Assembly (NCBI GenBank): GCA_963729985.1
Contig: CAVSPJ010000001.1
Span: 896,156-960,155 of the forward strand
Origin: an uncultured Gemmatimonadales bacterium
GTDB taxonomy: Bacteria; Gemmatimonadota; Gemmatimonadetes; Gemmatimonadales; GWC2-71-9
Direction of reading: 5' to 3'
DNA: 64,000 nt
Every line of letters starts with the position of its first letter. The stretch's first letter is position 1. Of this stretch, positions 45,631 to 55,522 are shown one piece after another. The translations under genes and the position numbers were made by a program. The notes under the pieces were generated by a model. The model was given only the letters and a program-made list of their open reading frames with translations. It ran no database searches and was not told the DNA's origin.

Positions 45631-47785
45631 TCAGCCGGTGGGCGGATCGTCGCCTGTCGCCTCGCCGCGGATCGCGGGAGCGTAGTACTCCTGCACGTAG
45701 TCCTGCACCATCCTCCGGGCGGTGAATCGTGAGCCGGCGAGCCGCAGCGCGTGACGCATCTTGTCCACCCAGCCGATGGGGACGTCGGCCGCGTTGCGAG
45801 TGTGGTAGAGCGGGACGATCTGTTCCTCGAGGAGCCGATAGAAGCGCTCGGCGTCCGCCGCGTCCGCGTCCTCGCTGTCGCCGGCCGGCGAGATCGCCCA
45901 GCCGCTCAGTCCGTCGAATCCCTCCTGCCACCATCCGTCGAGCGTGCTCAGCTGCGGGACTCCGTTGAGCGCCGCCTTCATTCCGCTGGTGCCCGACGCC
46001 TCCAGCGGCACCCGCGGCAGGTTGACCCAGACGTCCACGCCCTGGACCAGGAGATGGGCGAGGTGCATGTCGTAGTCTTCGAGGAACGCCACCCGGCCCT
46101 CGAACTCCGGATCGCGGGTGAACTGGTAGACGCTCTGCAGCACCTCCTTCCCGGGCCGGTCGGCCGGGTGCGCCTTGCCCGCGAAGATGATCTGCACCGG
46201 CCGCCGCTGGTCACCAGCAGCTGGCGCAGGCGCTCGAGGTCGCTGGAAGATGAGGTTGGCCCGCTTGTAGGTCGCGAAGCGCCGTGCGAAGCCGAGCGTG
46301 AGCGCGGTGGGGTCGAGCAGGGTGCCGGCGCCCACCACCTGGGCCGCCTCCTTGAACCGCTGGGCGAACCGCCGTCTGGCGTCCTCCCGGATCCGGGTGG
46401 CGAGCACCTGCTTGAGGCGGACGTGGGCGGCCCACAGCCGCTCGTGGTCGAGTGTCAGCACCCGGTCCCAGAACCCCGGCTCGTCGAGCCGGTCGCCCCA
46501 GTCCGGGCCGATGTGCTCGTCGAACAGGTCCATGATCGGGCTCGCCATCCAGGTGGCGAGGTGCACGCCGTTGGTCACGTGCCCGATCGGCACGGTCTCC
46601 CAGGGCCGCCCGGGCCAGAGATCGCGCCAGAGGTTCCGCGACACCTGGCCATGGCGCCGGGAGACGCCGTTCACCCGCGCCGACATCCGCATGGCGCAGA
46701 CGGTCATGTGGAACTGGCCGTCGATCGACGGATGGGTGCCGAGCCGGAAGAGCGTCTCGCGGTCGATCCCCATCTCCTCCCAGATCGGGCCGGCGCACGC
46801 CTCCAGCGCCTCGACGGCGAAGGCATCGTGGCCCGCGGGCACCGGGGTGTGCGTGGTGAACACGCTGTGGGCCCGCACCCTGCGCACCGCCTCCTCGAGC
46901 GGGATGCCGGCCGCCAGGCAGCTCTCGCAGCCGCTCGACCATCATGAACGCGGCGTGTCCCTCGTTGGCGTGCCAGACGGCGGGATCGATCCCCAGCGCG
47001 CGCAGCACCCGCACCCCGCCGACGCCGAGAATCCACTCCTGCCGCACTCGCAGGTCGGGTCCGCCGGCGTACAGCTTGTTCATCAGGCCGCGATCGTCCG
47101 CATGGTTGAGGTCGAGATTGGTGTCCAGCAGGTAGATGGGCACCCGGCCCACCATCATCCGCCAGGCGCGCACGTGGACCGGGCGTCCGGAGGTTTCCAC
47201 CGTCGTGAGGAAGGGGCGGCCCTGGGGGCCGCTGACCGGCTCGAGCGGAGTCAGCGTGACGTCGTACTCGTCGTCGCTGTCCTCCTGCCAGCCGTCCAGC
47301 CTGAGCCGCTGGTCGAAGTAGCCCTTCATGTACATGAGGCCCACGCCGACCAGCGGGATGCCCACGTCGCTCGCCGCCTTGCAGTGGTCGCCGGCCAGGA
47401 CGCCGAGGCCGCCGGAGTAGATCGGCACCGAGCTGTGCAGCCCGAACTCGGCGCAGAAATAGGCCACCGGTCGGCCGTTGAGCTCGCCGTAGTGCTGGGT
47501 AAACCAGGTGTCGGGGCTCGAGGTCTCGTGGTGCATCCGCACCATCACCTCATCGTACCGCCGGAGGAAGTCGCTGTCGCTCGCGCACCCGGCGAGGCGC
47601 TCGGGATCCACCCGGCACAACAGCTCGAGCGGATTGTGGCGCGTCATGCCCCAGAGCGACGGATCGATGGTCCGGAACAGTCCGCGGGCCTCGCGATTCC
47701 AGCTCCACCAGAGATTCTTCGCGAGGTGGGTGAGGCCTTCGACGCGGGAGGGGAGATACGGAATGTGCGGGCTGTGGGAAGTCAT
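45631..47785 (-). CDS. glgP: alpha-glucan phosphorylase (GT35, DUF3417-type N-terminus); one uncompensated frame break and one compensated indel pair
   Basis: LAKNLWWSWN...YFCAEFGLHSSVPIYSGGLGVLAGDH...NEGHAAF // LAAGIPLEEAVRRVRAHSVFTTHTPVPAGHD...GFARRFATYKRA...IIFAGKAHPAD...EASGTSGMKAALNG. Join near 46920. Confidence 0.85.
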
Positions 47786-47836
47786 AGCGGGGTAGTATAG
47801 GTAGACAGGGGGAACGGCGGAACGGCGCCGGGCCCC

Positions 47837-49513
<1,677 letters not shown>

Positions 49514-49534
49514 GGGGGGGCAACATAACCAGAA

Positions 49535-49556
49535 GGGCGTCCCAGCGGGGACGCCC
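49535..49556 (-). terminator. hairpin between the SWIB gene and ettA (putative terminator/attenuator)
   Basis: GGGCGTCCC-agcg-GGGACGCCC, a 9-bp perfect stem. On the minus strand it is followed by TTCTGGTTATGTT. Confidence 0.35.
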
Positions 49557-49580
49557 TCGAAGGTCGTGAATGAAAAAAGG

Positions 49581-49937
49581 TCAGCTGAGGTGGCGGTTCA
49601 CCAGCTTGGTCATCTCGAACATGGTGACCTGGCTTCTGCCGCTGAACACCGGGCGAAGCTTCTCGTCGGCGTTGATCGCGCGGCGGTTCTTGGAATCCTG
49701 CAGCCCATTCCGCTTGATGTAGGCCCAGAGCTTCTTGGTGACCTCGGTGCGCGGCAGAGCATTCGAGCCGACCACGGCCGAGAGGGCGGCGCTGGGTTGC
49801 ATCGGCTTCATGAACGCGGCGCTCGGCGTGCGCTTCTTGCCCGACTTCTTGGTGGCTTTCTTTTTCGCTGCGGTCTTTTTGGCGGGCTTACGGGCGCTCT
49901 TCTTGGTGGACTTCTTTGCCTTTTTCTTGGTAGCCAT
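49581..49937 (-). CDS. SWIB/MDM2 domain protein with a Lys-rich histone-like N-terminal tail
   Basis: ORF 49581..50021; likely ATG at 49937. [35 protein letters not shown], then [33 protein letters not shown]...[11 protein letters not shown]...MFEMTKLV. Confidence 0.8.
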   Translation of the reverse strand: MATKKKAKKSTKKSARKPAKKTAAKKKATKKSGKKRTPSAAFMKPMQPSAALSAVVGSNALPRTEVTKKLWAYIKRNGLQDSKNRRAINADEKLRPVFSGRSQVTMFEMTKLVNRHLS

Positions 49938-50124
49938 CGCGTGTCTCCCAGAGTGGGTAAGGACCTTGCGTGCCGCGGTTACCGCAGAACTCCCGTGACA
50001 AACAGTACACGACCGGACCATAACTGCAATAGGGAATCACCGGATTTCCCCCGGGAGGAAAGAACCGGAACGGCCTGAAAAAAGAAAGGGAACGAGTGAA
50101 TGGAGGGCCGAGCTGCCAGCACGA

Positions 50125-51435
50125 TCAGCCCTTCTGTTCGCTCCTCCCGCTCGGCAGCGCCCTCTCGACTTCCCGCAGGTCGGGCTCGATCTCCAGCGGC
50201 CGGTTGGCGCCCGCCGGCGGCGGCTCCGCCTCCAGATGATAGTGGAGCAGCATCCCGGGATCCTTCAGCACGTGTCCGGTCAGCACCGCCACCACCCGGG
50301 CGCCGGGCGCGATCGTACCCCGCCGCGCCAGCTCGCGCGCGCCCGCGACGCTCGCCGCGCTGGCAGGCTCGCAGCCGACGCCGCAGGCATCCACGGCCGC
50401 CTTGGCCTCCAGGATCTCGGAGTCGGAGACCGCCAGGACCACGCCGTCCGTCTCCTGGATGGTCCGTACCGCGCGGTCGTGCGAGGCGGGGTCGCCGATC
50501 CGGATGGCGGTCGCCACCGTGTGCGGGTCGACCCGATGCCGCCGCCGGAATCCCTCCTCGAAGCTCCGCGCGAACGGCGCCGCGCCCGCCGCCTGCACCG
50601 CGGCGATTCTCGGCATCCGGGAGATCAGCCCCCACGAGCGGGCCTCCCGCAGCGCCTTACCGAAGGCCGCGGTGTTCCCCAGGTTGCCGGCGGGAAGCAC
50701 GATCCAATCGGGCGGATCCCAGGCGAGCTGCTGCAGCAGCTCGAGCACGATGGTCTTCTGGCCCTCGATCCGGAACGGGTTGATCGAGTTGAGCAGGTAG
50801 ACGCCGAGCCGCTCGCTGGCCTCCTGGACCAGGCGGAGACAGTCGTCGAACCCGCCGCGTACCAGCAGCGTGCGCGCGCCATAGGCCAGCGACTGGGCCA
50901 GCTTCCCCGAGGCCACGTGCCCCGCCGGCACCAGGACCAGCGCCGGGATCCCGGCCTGCGCGGCGTAGGCCGCGAGCGAGGCGGAGGTGTTGCCGGTGGA
51001 CGCGCAGGTGACGGCGTGAGCCCCGATGCGGCGTGCCTGGGTAACCCCGACGGTCATGCCCCGGTCCTTGAACGAGCCAGTGGGGTTGTGTCCTTCGTGC
51101 TTGAGCAGGAGATCGCCGATGCCGGTCCACCGGTCGAGCGCGCCGCGATGGAGCAGCGGCGTGTTGCCCTCGGGGTGGGAGACGACCTCCGCCGCCGACG
51201 GCAGGACCACCTCACGGAACCGCCAGACTCCGGAGGCCGACGCGCCCGGCGGCCGGCCCCGGCGCTCGGTGAATCGCAGCAGCAGCTCCTCGCGGGTGAG
51301 GTCGGGCGGGCGATGGGCGAGCTCGAGCAGCCCGCCGCAATCGGGGCAGCGCGGGCGGGGGTCGCTCTCGGTGAGCTCGTTGCCGCAGACGATGCAGACC
51401 TGCCAGCTGGCGGGGCGATCGGTCTCGAACTTCAT
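50125..51435 (-). CDS. thrC: threonine synthase
   Basis: ORF 50125..51504. ATG 51435 overlaps the thrB stop (ATGA). N-terminal Cys4 ribbon; PLP site HEGHNPTGSFKDRG; ASTGNTSAS. Confidence 0.9.
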   Translation of the reverse strand: MKFETDRPASWQVCIVCGNELTESDPRPRCPDCGGLLELAHRPPDLTREELLLRFTERRGRPPGASASGVWRFREVVLPSAAEVVSHPEGNTPLLHRGALDRWTGIGDLLLKHEGHNPTGSFKDRGMTVGVTQARRIGAHAVTCASTGNTSASLAAYAAQAGIPALVLVPAGHVASGKLAQSLAYGARTLLVRGGFDDCLRLVQEASERLGVYLLNSINPFRIEGQKTIVLELLQQLAWDPPDWIVLPAGNLGNTAAFGKALREARSWGLISRMPRIAAVQAAGAAPFARSFEEGFRRRHRVDPHTVATAIRIGDPASHDRAVRTIQETDGVVLAVSDSEILEAKAAVDACGVGCEPASAASVAGARELARRGTIAPGARVVAVLTGHVLKDPGMLLHYHLEAEPPPAGANRPLEIEPDLREVERALPSGRSEQKG

Positions 51436-52388
51436 CGCGACGATTCCGGCTCGCGGGTGACGGTGGCGCCGGCCCGATCCACCGGTCCGGTCCGAACCTG
51501 ACACGCGATGCCCTTCGCGCGGTAGGCGCCCGCCATCGCCGCCGCGATGCGGTCGGCGCTCTCGGGCCCGCGTGCCAGCGCGAACGCGGTCGGCCCGCTT
51601 CCCGAGATCGAGCTGCCCAGCGCCCCGGCGGCGAGCGCGACGCGCTTCGCCTCGGCGAAGCCGGGCAACAGCGCGGCCCGCGCCGGCTCGGCGATGCGGT
51701 CGTCAATGGCGCGAGTCAGCAGGTCGTAGTCGTCCAGGGCCAGCGCGGCGACCAGGGCGGCCACGTGGGCCGCCTGGTGCAGCGCCACGGCGCGGGGGAT
51801 CTCGCGGGGGAGCACCGCGCGCGCCTCCGCCGTCCGCATCTGCTGCTCCGGCCGCGCGAGCACCACGTAGAGCTCGGCTGGAACGGGAAGCTGCACCAGG
51901 TCGAGCGGGTCCAGGGCGCGGATCAGCACGATCCCGCCGAGCAGCGCCGGCGCGATGTTGTCGGCATGGCGCCCGGCGACCGCCTCCTCGGCGTCGAGAC
52001 AGATCTCGATGAGCTCCATCTTGCCGAGCGGATCGCCCAACAGCGCGTTGACGGCGACCGCGCCGGCCACGGCCGAGGCGGCGCTGCCTCCCTGACCGCC
52101 GCAGAGCGGCAGTCCCTTTCGTACCGAGAGCCCGATTCCCCGGCCCAGGGCGCGTGCGGCGCCGGCGCGCTCGAGCACCGCGCGGGCCGCCAGCCCGGCG
52201 GTGTGCCGCTCCGCCTCGCGGGGCAGCTCGGCATGGCCGGGGTCGAGCATCCGGATGCCCGGTTCGGCCAGCCACTCCGCCCGAACGGCGTCCCCGTCAC
52301 CCGCGACGGCGAGGCCGAGTATGTCGAGACCGGGCCCCACGTTGCCGACGCTCCCCGGGGCGAAGGCGGTCACCGCGCCCCCGCTCAT
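51432..52388 (-). CDS. thrB: homoserine kinase (GHMP family)
   Basis: 318-aa ORF. APGSVGNVGPGLDILG, GHMP motif KGLPLCGGQGGSAASAVAG. ATGA overlap with thrA. Confidence 0.85.
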   Translation of the reverse strand: MSGGAVTAFAPGSVGNVGPGLDILGLAVAGDGDAVRAEWLAEPGIRMLDPGHAELPREAERHTAGLAARAVLERAGAARALGRGIGLSVRKGLPLCGGQGGSAASAVAGAVAVNALLGDPLGKMELIEICLDAEEAVAGRHADNIAPALLGGIVLIRALDPLDLVQLPVPAELYVVLARPEQQMRTAEARAVLPREIPRAVALHQAAHVAALVAALALDDYDLLTRAIDDRIAEPARAALLPGFAEAKRVALAAGALGSSISGSGPTAFALARGPESADRIAAAMAGAYRAKGIACQVRTGPVDRAGATVTREPESSR

Positions 52389-54901
52389 GCGCCCGCCAAC
52401 CGAAGGATGTCGTTGAGCACGCCGGCGGCGGTGACTTCCGCCCCCGCGCCGGGGCCGCGGATGACCAGTGGATTCGACTTGTACCGCGCGGTGGTGAACA
52501 CCAGCTGGTTGTCCGACCCCTTGATGGAGGCGAGTGGGCTCGTGAGCGGCACCGCCTTGAGGCCGACCGCGATCTTGGCCGGCGTCACGGTGGCGACGTA
52601 CCGGAGTGTGTTGCCCTGGGCCCGGGCGGCGTCCACCCGCCGCTTCCAGCCGGCGTCCAACTCGGCGAGCCTCGCCAGAAACTGGCTGAGCGGCAGCGGG
52701 CGGGCCCAGTTCGGCACCAGCGACTCGACGGCTTTCCGGCTCAGCTCTCCGCGATACCCGAGCAGCCGCGCCAGGATCAGCGCCTTGCGGCCCACGTCCA
52801 TTCCGGAGAGGTCCTCCCGGGGGTCGGGCTCGGTGTAGCCCAGCCGCATGGCAGCGCGGACGGCGCGGGAGAACGGGACGCCGTCGCCCACCTCGCTCAA
52901 CACGTACCCGAGGGTGCCGGAGAGCAGGCCCTCGATGCGCTGGACCCGGTCGCCCGACTCGGTCAGCTTGTGATAGGTGTCGATGATCGGAAGCCCGGCG
53001 CCGACGGTCGCCTCGTGGAGGATCCGGCGCCCCCGCGCGCGGGCCGTCTGCCAGAGGGACTCGCTGGCTGAGCGGCGGCCCGCCAGGGGCAGCTTGTTGG
53101 CGAGGACGAGATCCATGCCGTGGGTCAGCGCCGCTTCGAGGGCCTCGCTGGTGTCGTCGGCGGTGAGATCCACCACGACCGGCCGGGTGAGCGCGTACCC
53201 CGCGATATGGGCGATCGCCTCCGCCGCCGTGCCGGGCTTGCCGCGCGGCGCGTCGGCGAGGCGCCGGCCCTTCCGCTTGTCGGCGGCCAGCGTGGCGAGC
53301 CGGCGGGGGCCGATCCCCTGGGGATCGAACACGAACCCGCTGCGGTCGATCACCGCCGCCACCTTGAGCGAGAGCGCGGGCCGGCGCACCTGGCCGATCA
53401 GCGTCGCCAGGGTGCGGCCGATCTGGCCGTACCCCAGCAACACCACCTCCATGCGCTCGGGCTGGACCACGCCGCCGCCGGCGATCCGCGAGAGCTGGAA
53501 CGCCGCGTGGATCCGCCGCTGCGCCTCCGCCGCCTGCCGGGCCTCCACCACTACCGAGATGTTGAGCTCGGAGGATCCCTGCGCGATGGCGACGACGTTG
53601 ATGCCGCCGCCGGCGAGGGCGGAGAACACCCCGGCCGCGATGCCGGGCGTGCCGTGCATGCCGAGCCCGACGACGGCGATGGTCGCCATGCTCGAGGTCG
53701 CCTCGACGCCGTCGATCTCACCCCGGCCGATCTCGCCGCGGAACTCGCGCTCCAGGCTGGCGCGGGCGGCGTCGGCGAACGCCTCGGGCACGCTGAAGCA
53801 GATCGAGTGCTCCGAGGAGGCTTGGGAGATGAGCGAGACCGAGATCCGCCGCGCGTGCAACGCCCCGAAGGTGCGCGCGGCGATGCCCGGCACGCCCAGC
53901 ATGCCGTTGCCGGTGACCGTGAGCAGCGCCTGTCCCACCGCCGCGGTGAGCGCCTTCACCGGGCTCCGTCCGGCGCCGACCCGCTCCGAGACCTCGGTGC
54001 CCGGCGAGTCGGCGTCGGCGAACGGCCGGACGAAGACGGAGATGCGGCGGCCGGTGATGGGGATGAGCGCGCGGGGGTGGAGCACCTTGGCGCCGTAATA
54101 CGCCAGCTCCGCCGCTTCCCGCGCGTGGAGTTGGGGAATGACGCGCGCGTCGGGTACCACGCGGGGATCGGCGGTGAGGAGTCCGGGCACGTCCTTCCAG
54201 AGGGAGACCCGGGCGGCGCCGAGCCCCCGGGCGAGGAGCGTGGCGGTGAGGTCGGAGCCGCCGCGACCCAGGGTCGCGATCTCGCCGTCCGGGGTGGCGC
54301 CGAGGAACCCCGGGACCACCGGCACGATGCCCCGGGCCAGCAGCGGGCCGAGCACCCGCTGCACCGCGCGGTCGGTGCGGGAATGGTCGGGCGCCGCGTG
54401 GCCGAACGCGGCGTCGGTGTGGATCAGCTCCAGCGCGTCCACGTACCGGGCCCGGGTGCCCGCCGCCTCCAGCGCGGCGGCGACCAACCGGGCGCTGAGC
54501 CGCTCTCCCCGCGACACCAGGTAGTCGGTGGTGCGCGGGGTCAGCTCCCGCAGCAGGCGGAGTCCCTGGGCCAGCGCCTCGAGCTCGGTGAAGAGATCGC
54601 CGATGTGCAGCAGCACGTCGGCGCGGAGCCGCCCGCCCGGCAGCAGCGATCGGGCCACCTCGACGTGCCGGGTCCGGAGCCGGGCGATGAGGGACGCGAC
54701 GGTGCGAGACTCGCCGGTTCCCGCCTGATGCGCCACTTCCAGGAGCGCGTCGGTGGTCCCCGCCATCGCGGAGACGACCACGACGGTCGGCTCGGAACGA
54801 TGGCGGCGGACGATCTCGACCGCGTGGCGGACGGCAGCGGAATCGGCCAGCGACGCACCGCCGAACTTGTGCACGTGCGCTGCTCGGCGGGGACGGGGCA
54901 T
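52385..54901 (-). CDS. thrA: bifunctional aspartokinase / homoserine dehydrogenase
   Basis: 838-aa intact ORF. VHKFGGASL...VVVSAMAGTTD (aspartokinase), two ACT-like regions, and a C-terminal homoserine dehydrogenase (VVLLGYGQIGR...GTLGYV...RGPGAGAEVTAAGV). Confidence 0.9.
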   Translation of the reverse strand: MPRPRRAAHVHKFGGASLADSAAVRHAVEIVRRHRSEPTVVVVSAMAGTTDALLEVAHQAGTGESRTVASLIARLRTRHVEVARSLLPGGRLRADVLLHIGDLFTELEALAQGLRLLRELTPRTTDYLVSRGERLSARLVAAALEAAGTRARYVDALELIHTDAAFGHAAPDHSRTDRAVQRVLGPLLARGIVPVVPGFLGATPDGEIATLGRGGSDLTATLLARGLGAARVSLWKDVPGLLTADPRVVPDARVIPQLHAREAAELAYYGAKVLHPRALIPITGRRISVFVRPFADADSPGTEVSERVGAGRSPVKALTAAVGQALLTVTGNGMLGVPGIAARTFGALHARRISVSLISQASSEHSICFSVPEAFADAARASLEREFRGEIGRGEIDGVEATSSMATIAVVGLGMHGTPGIAAGVFSALAGGGINVVAIAQGSSELNISVVVEARQAAEAQRRIHAAFQLSRIAGGGVVQPERMEVVLLGYGQIGRTLATLIGQVRRPALSLKVAAVIDRSGFVFDPQGIGPRRLATLAADKRKGRRLADAPRGKPGTAAEAIAHIAGYALTRPVVVDLTADDTSEALEAALTHGMDLVLANKLPLAGRRSASESLWQTARARGRRILHEATVGAGLPIIDTYHKLTESGDRVQRIEGLLSGTLGYVLSEVGDGVPFSRAVRAAMRLGYTEPDPREDLSGMDVGRKALILARLLGYRGELSRKAVESLVPNWARPLPLSQFLARLAELDAGWKRRVDAARAQGNTLRYVATVTPAKIAVGLKAVPLTSPLASIKGSDNQLVFTTARYKSNPLVIRGPGAGAEVTAAGVLNDILRLAGA

Positions 54902-54919
54902 GGGGGGAAGTATACAGGC

Positions 54920-54976
54920 GGGACGGCGGGACGGCGGAAGGTGGCCCGGCGCAGCCCTCCGCCGTTCCGCCGTCCC
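54920..54976. repeat. long imperfect inverted repeat in the thrA / TIGR03546 divergent intergenic region
   Basis: GGGACGGCGGGACGGCGGAAGG (54920-54941) pairs with CCTCCGCCGTTCCGCCGTCCC (54956-54976). About 20 bp with one mismatch or bulge and a 14-nt loop. Confidence 0.6.
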
Positions 54977-54999
54977 GCAGTCCCGCCTACATTCCCACC

Positions 55000-55518
55000 A
55001 TGTTCGCCCTCCTGAAGTTGATTCAGTCCCTCATCAAGACCCTCCACTCCGAGGGCACTCCGGGCCAGGTGGCGGCGGGGATGGCGCTGGGGGCAGCGCT
55101 GGGCCTCACGCCGCTGATGAACGTCCACAACCTGATCGTGGTCGCGATCATCATGGTGGTGAACGTCTCGTTCGGCGGCGCCATGCTGGGGTGGGCGGCT
55201 TTCGTGCCGGTGGGGTTTCTGCTGGATCCGCTGTTCCATTGGTTCGGCCTCCGGCTGCTGGAGGCCGCTTCGCTCCGCCAGCTCTGGACCGGCTGGTATA
55301 ATGCCCCGCTCATGCCCTATACCAACTTCAACAACACCGTGGTGCTGGGCAGCGTGACGGGCTGGCTGCTGCTGGCGGTCCCGATCTTCTTCGGGGCGCG
55401 CTGGGGCGTGGCCCGCTATCGGGCGACGCTGGGAGCGCGAGTGCAGCAGTCGAGGCTCTACAAGGCGATCACGGCGTCGAAGGCGTACAACGTCTACCGC
55501 CTCTTCCGGCCGGACTGA
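55000..55518 (+). CDS. TIGR03546-family small membrane protein (DUF2062-like)
   Basis: 172-aa ORF. KLIQSLIKTLHSEGTPGQVAAGMALGAALGLTP...NFNNTVVLGS pattern, 3-4 TM helices. It ends 4 nt before its usual partner gene. Confidence 0.55.
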   Translation: MFALLKLIQSLIKTLHSEGTPGQVAAGMALGAALGLTPLMNVHNLIVVAIIMVVNVSFGGAMLGWAAFVPVGFLLDPLFHWFGLRLLEAASLRQLWTGWYNAPLMPYTNFNNTVVLGSVTGWLLLAVPIFFGARWGVARYRATLGARVQQSRLYKAITASKAYNVYRLFRPD

Positions 55519-55522
55519 GACC

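Noticed and set aside
54902-54999. Classical thr-operon leader-peptide attenuator upstream of thrA
   Set aside because: There is no short ORF with Thr/Ile runs. Only an ATG-TAG mini-ORF and a hairpin without a U-tract are present.
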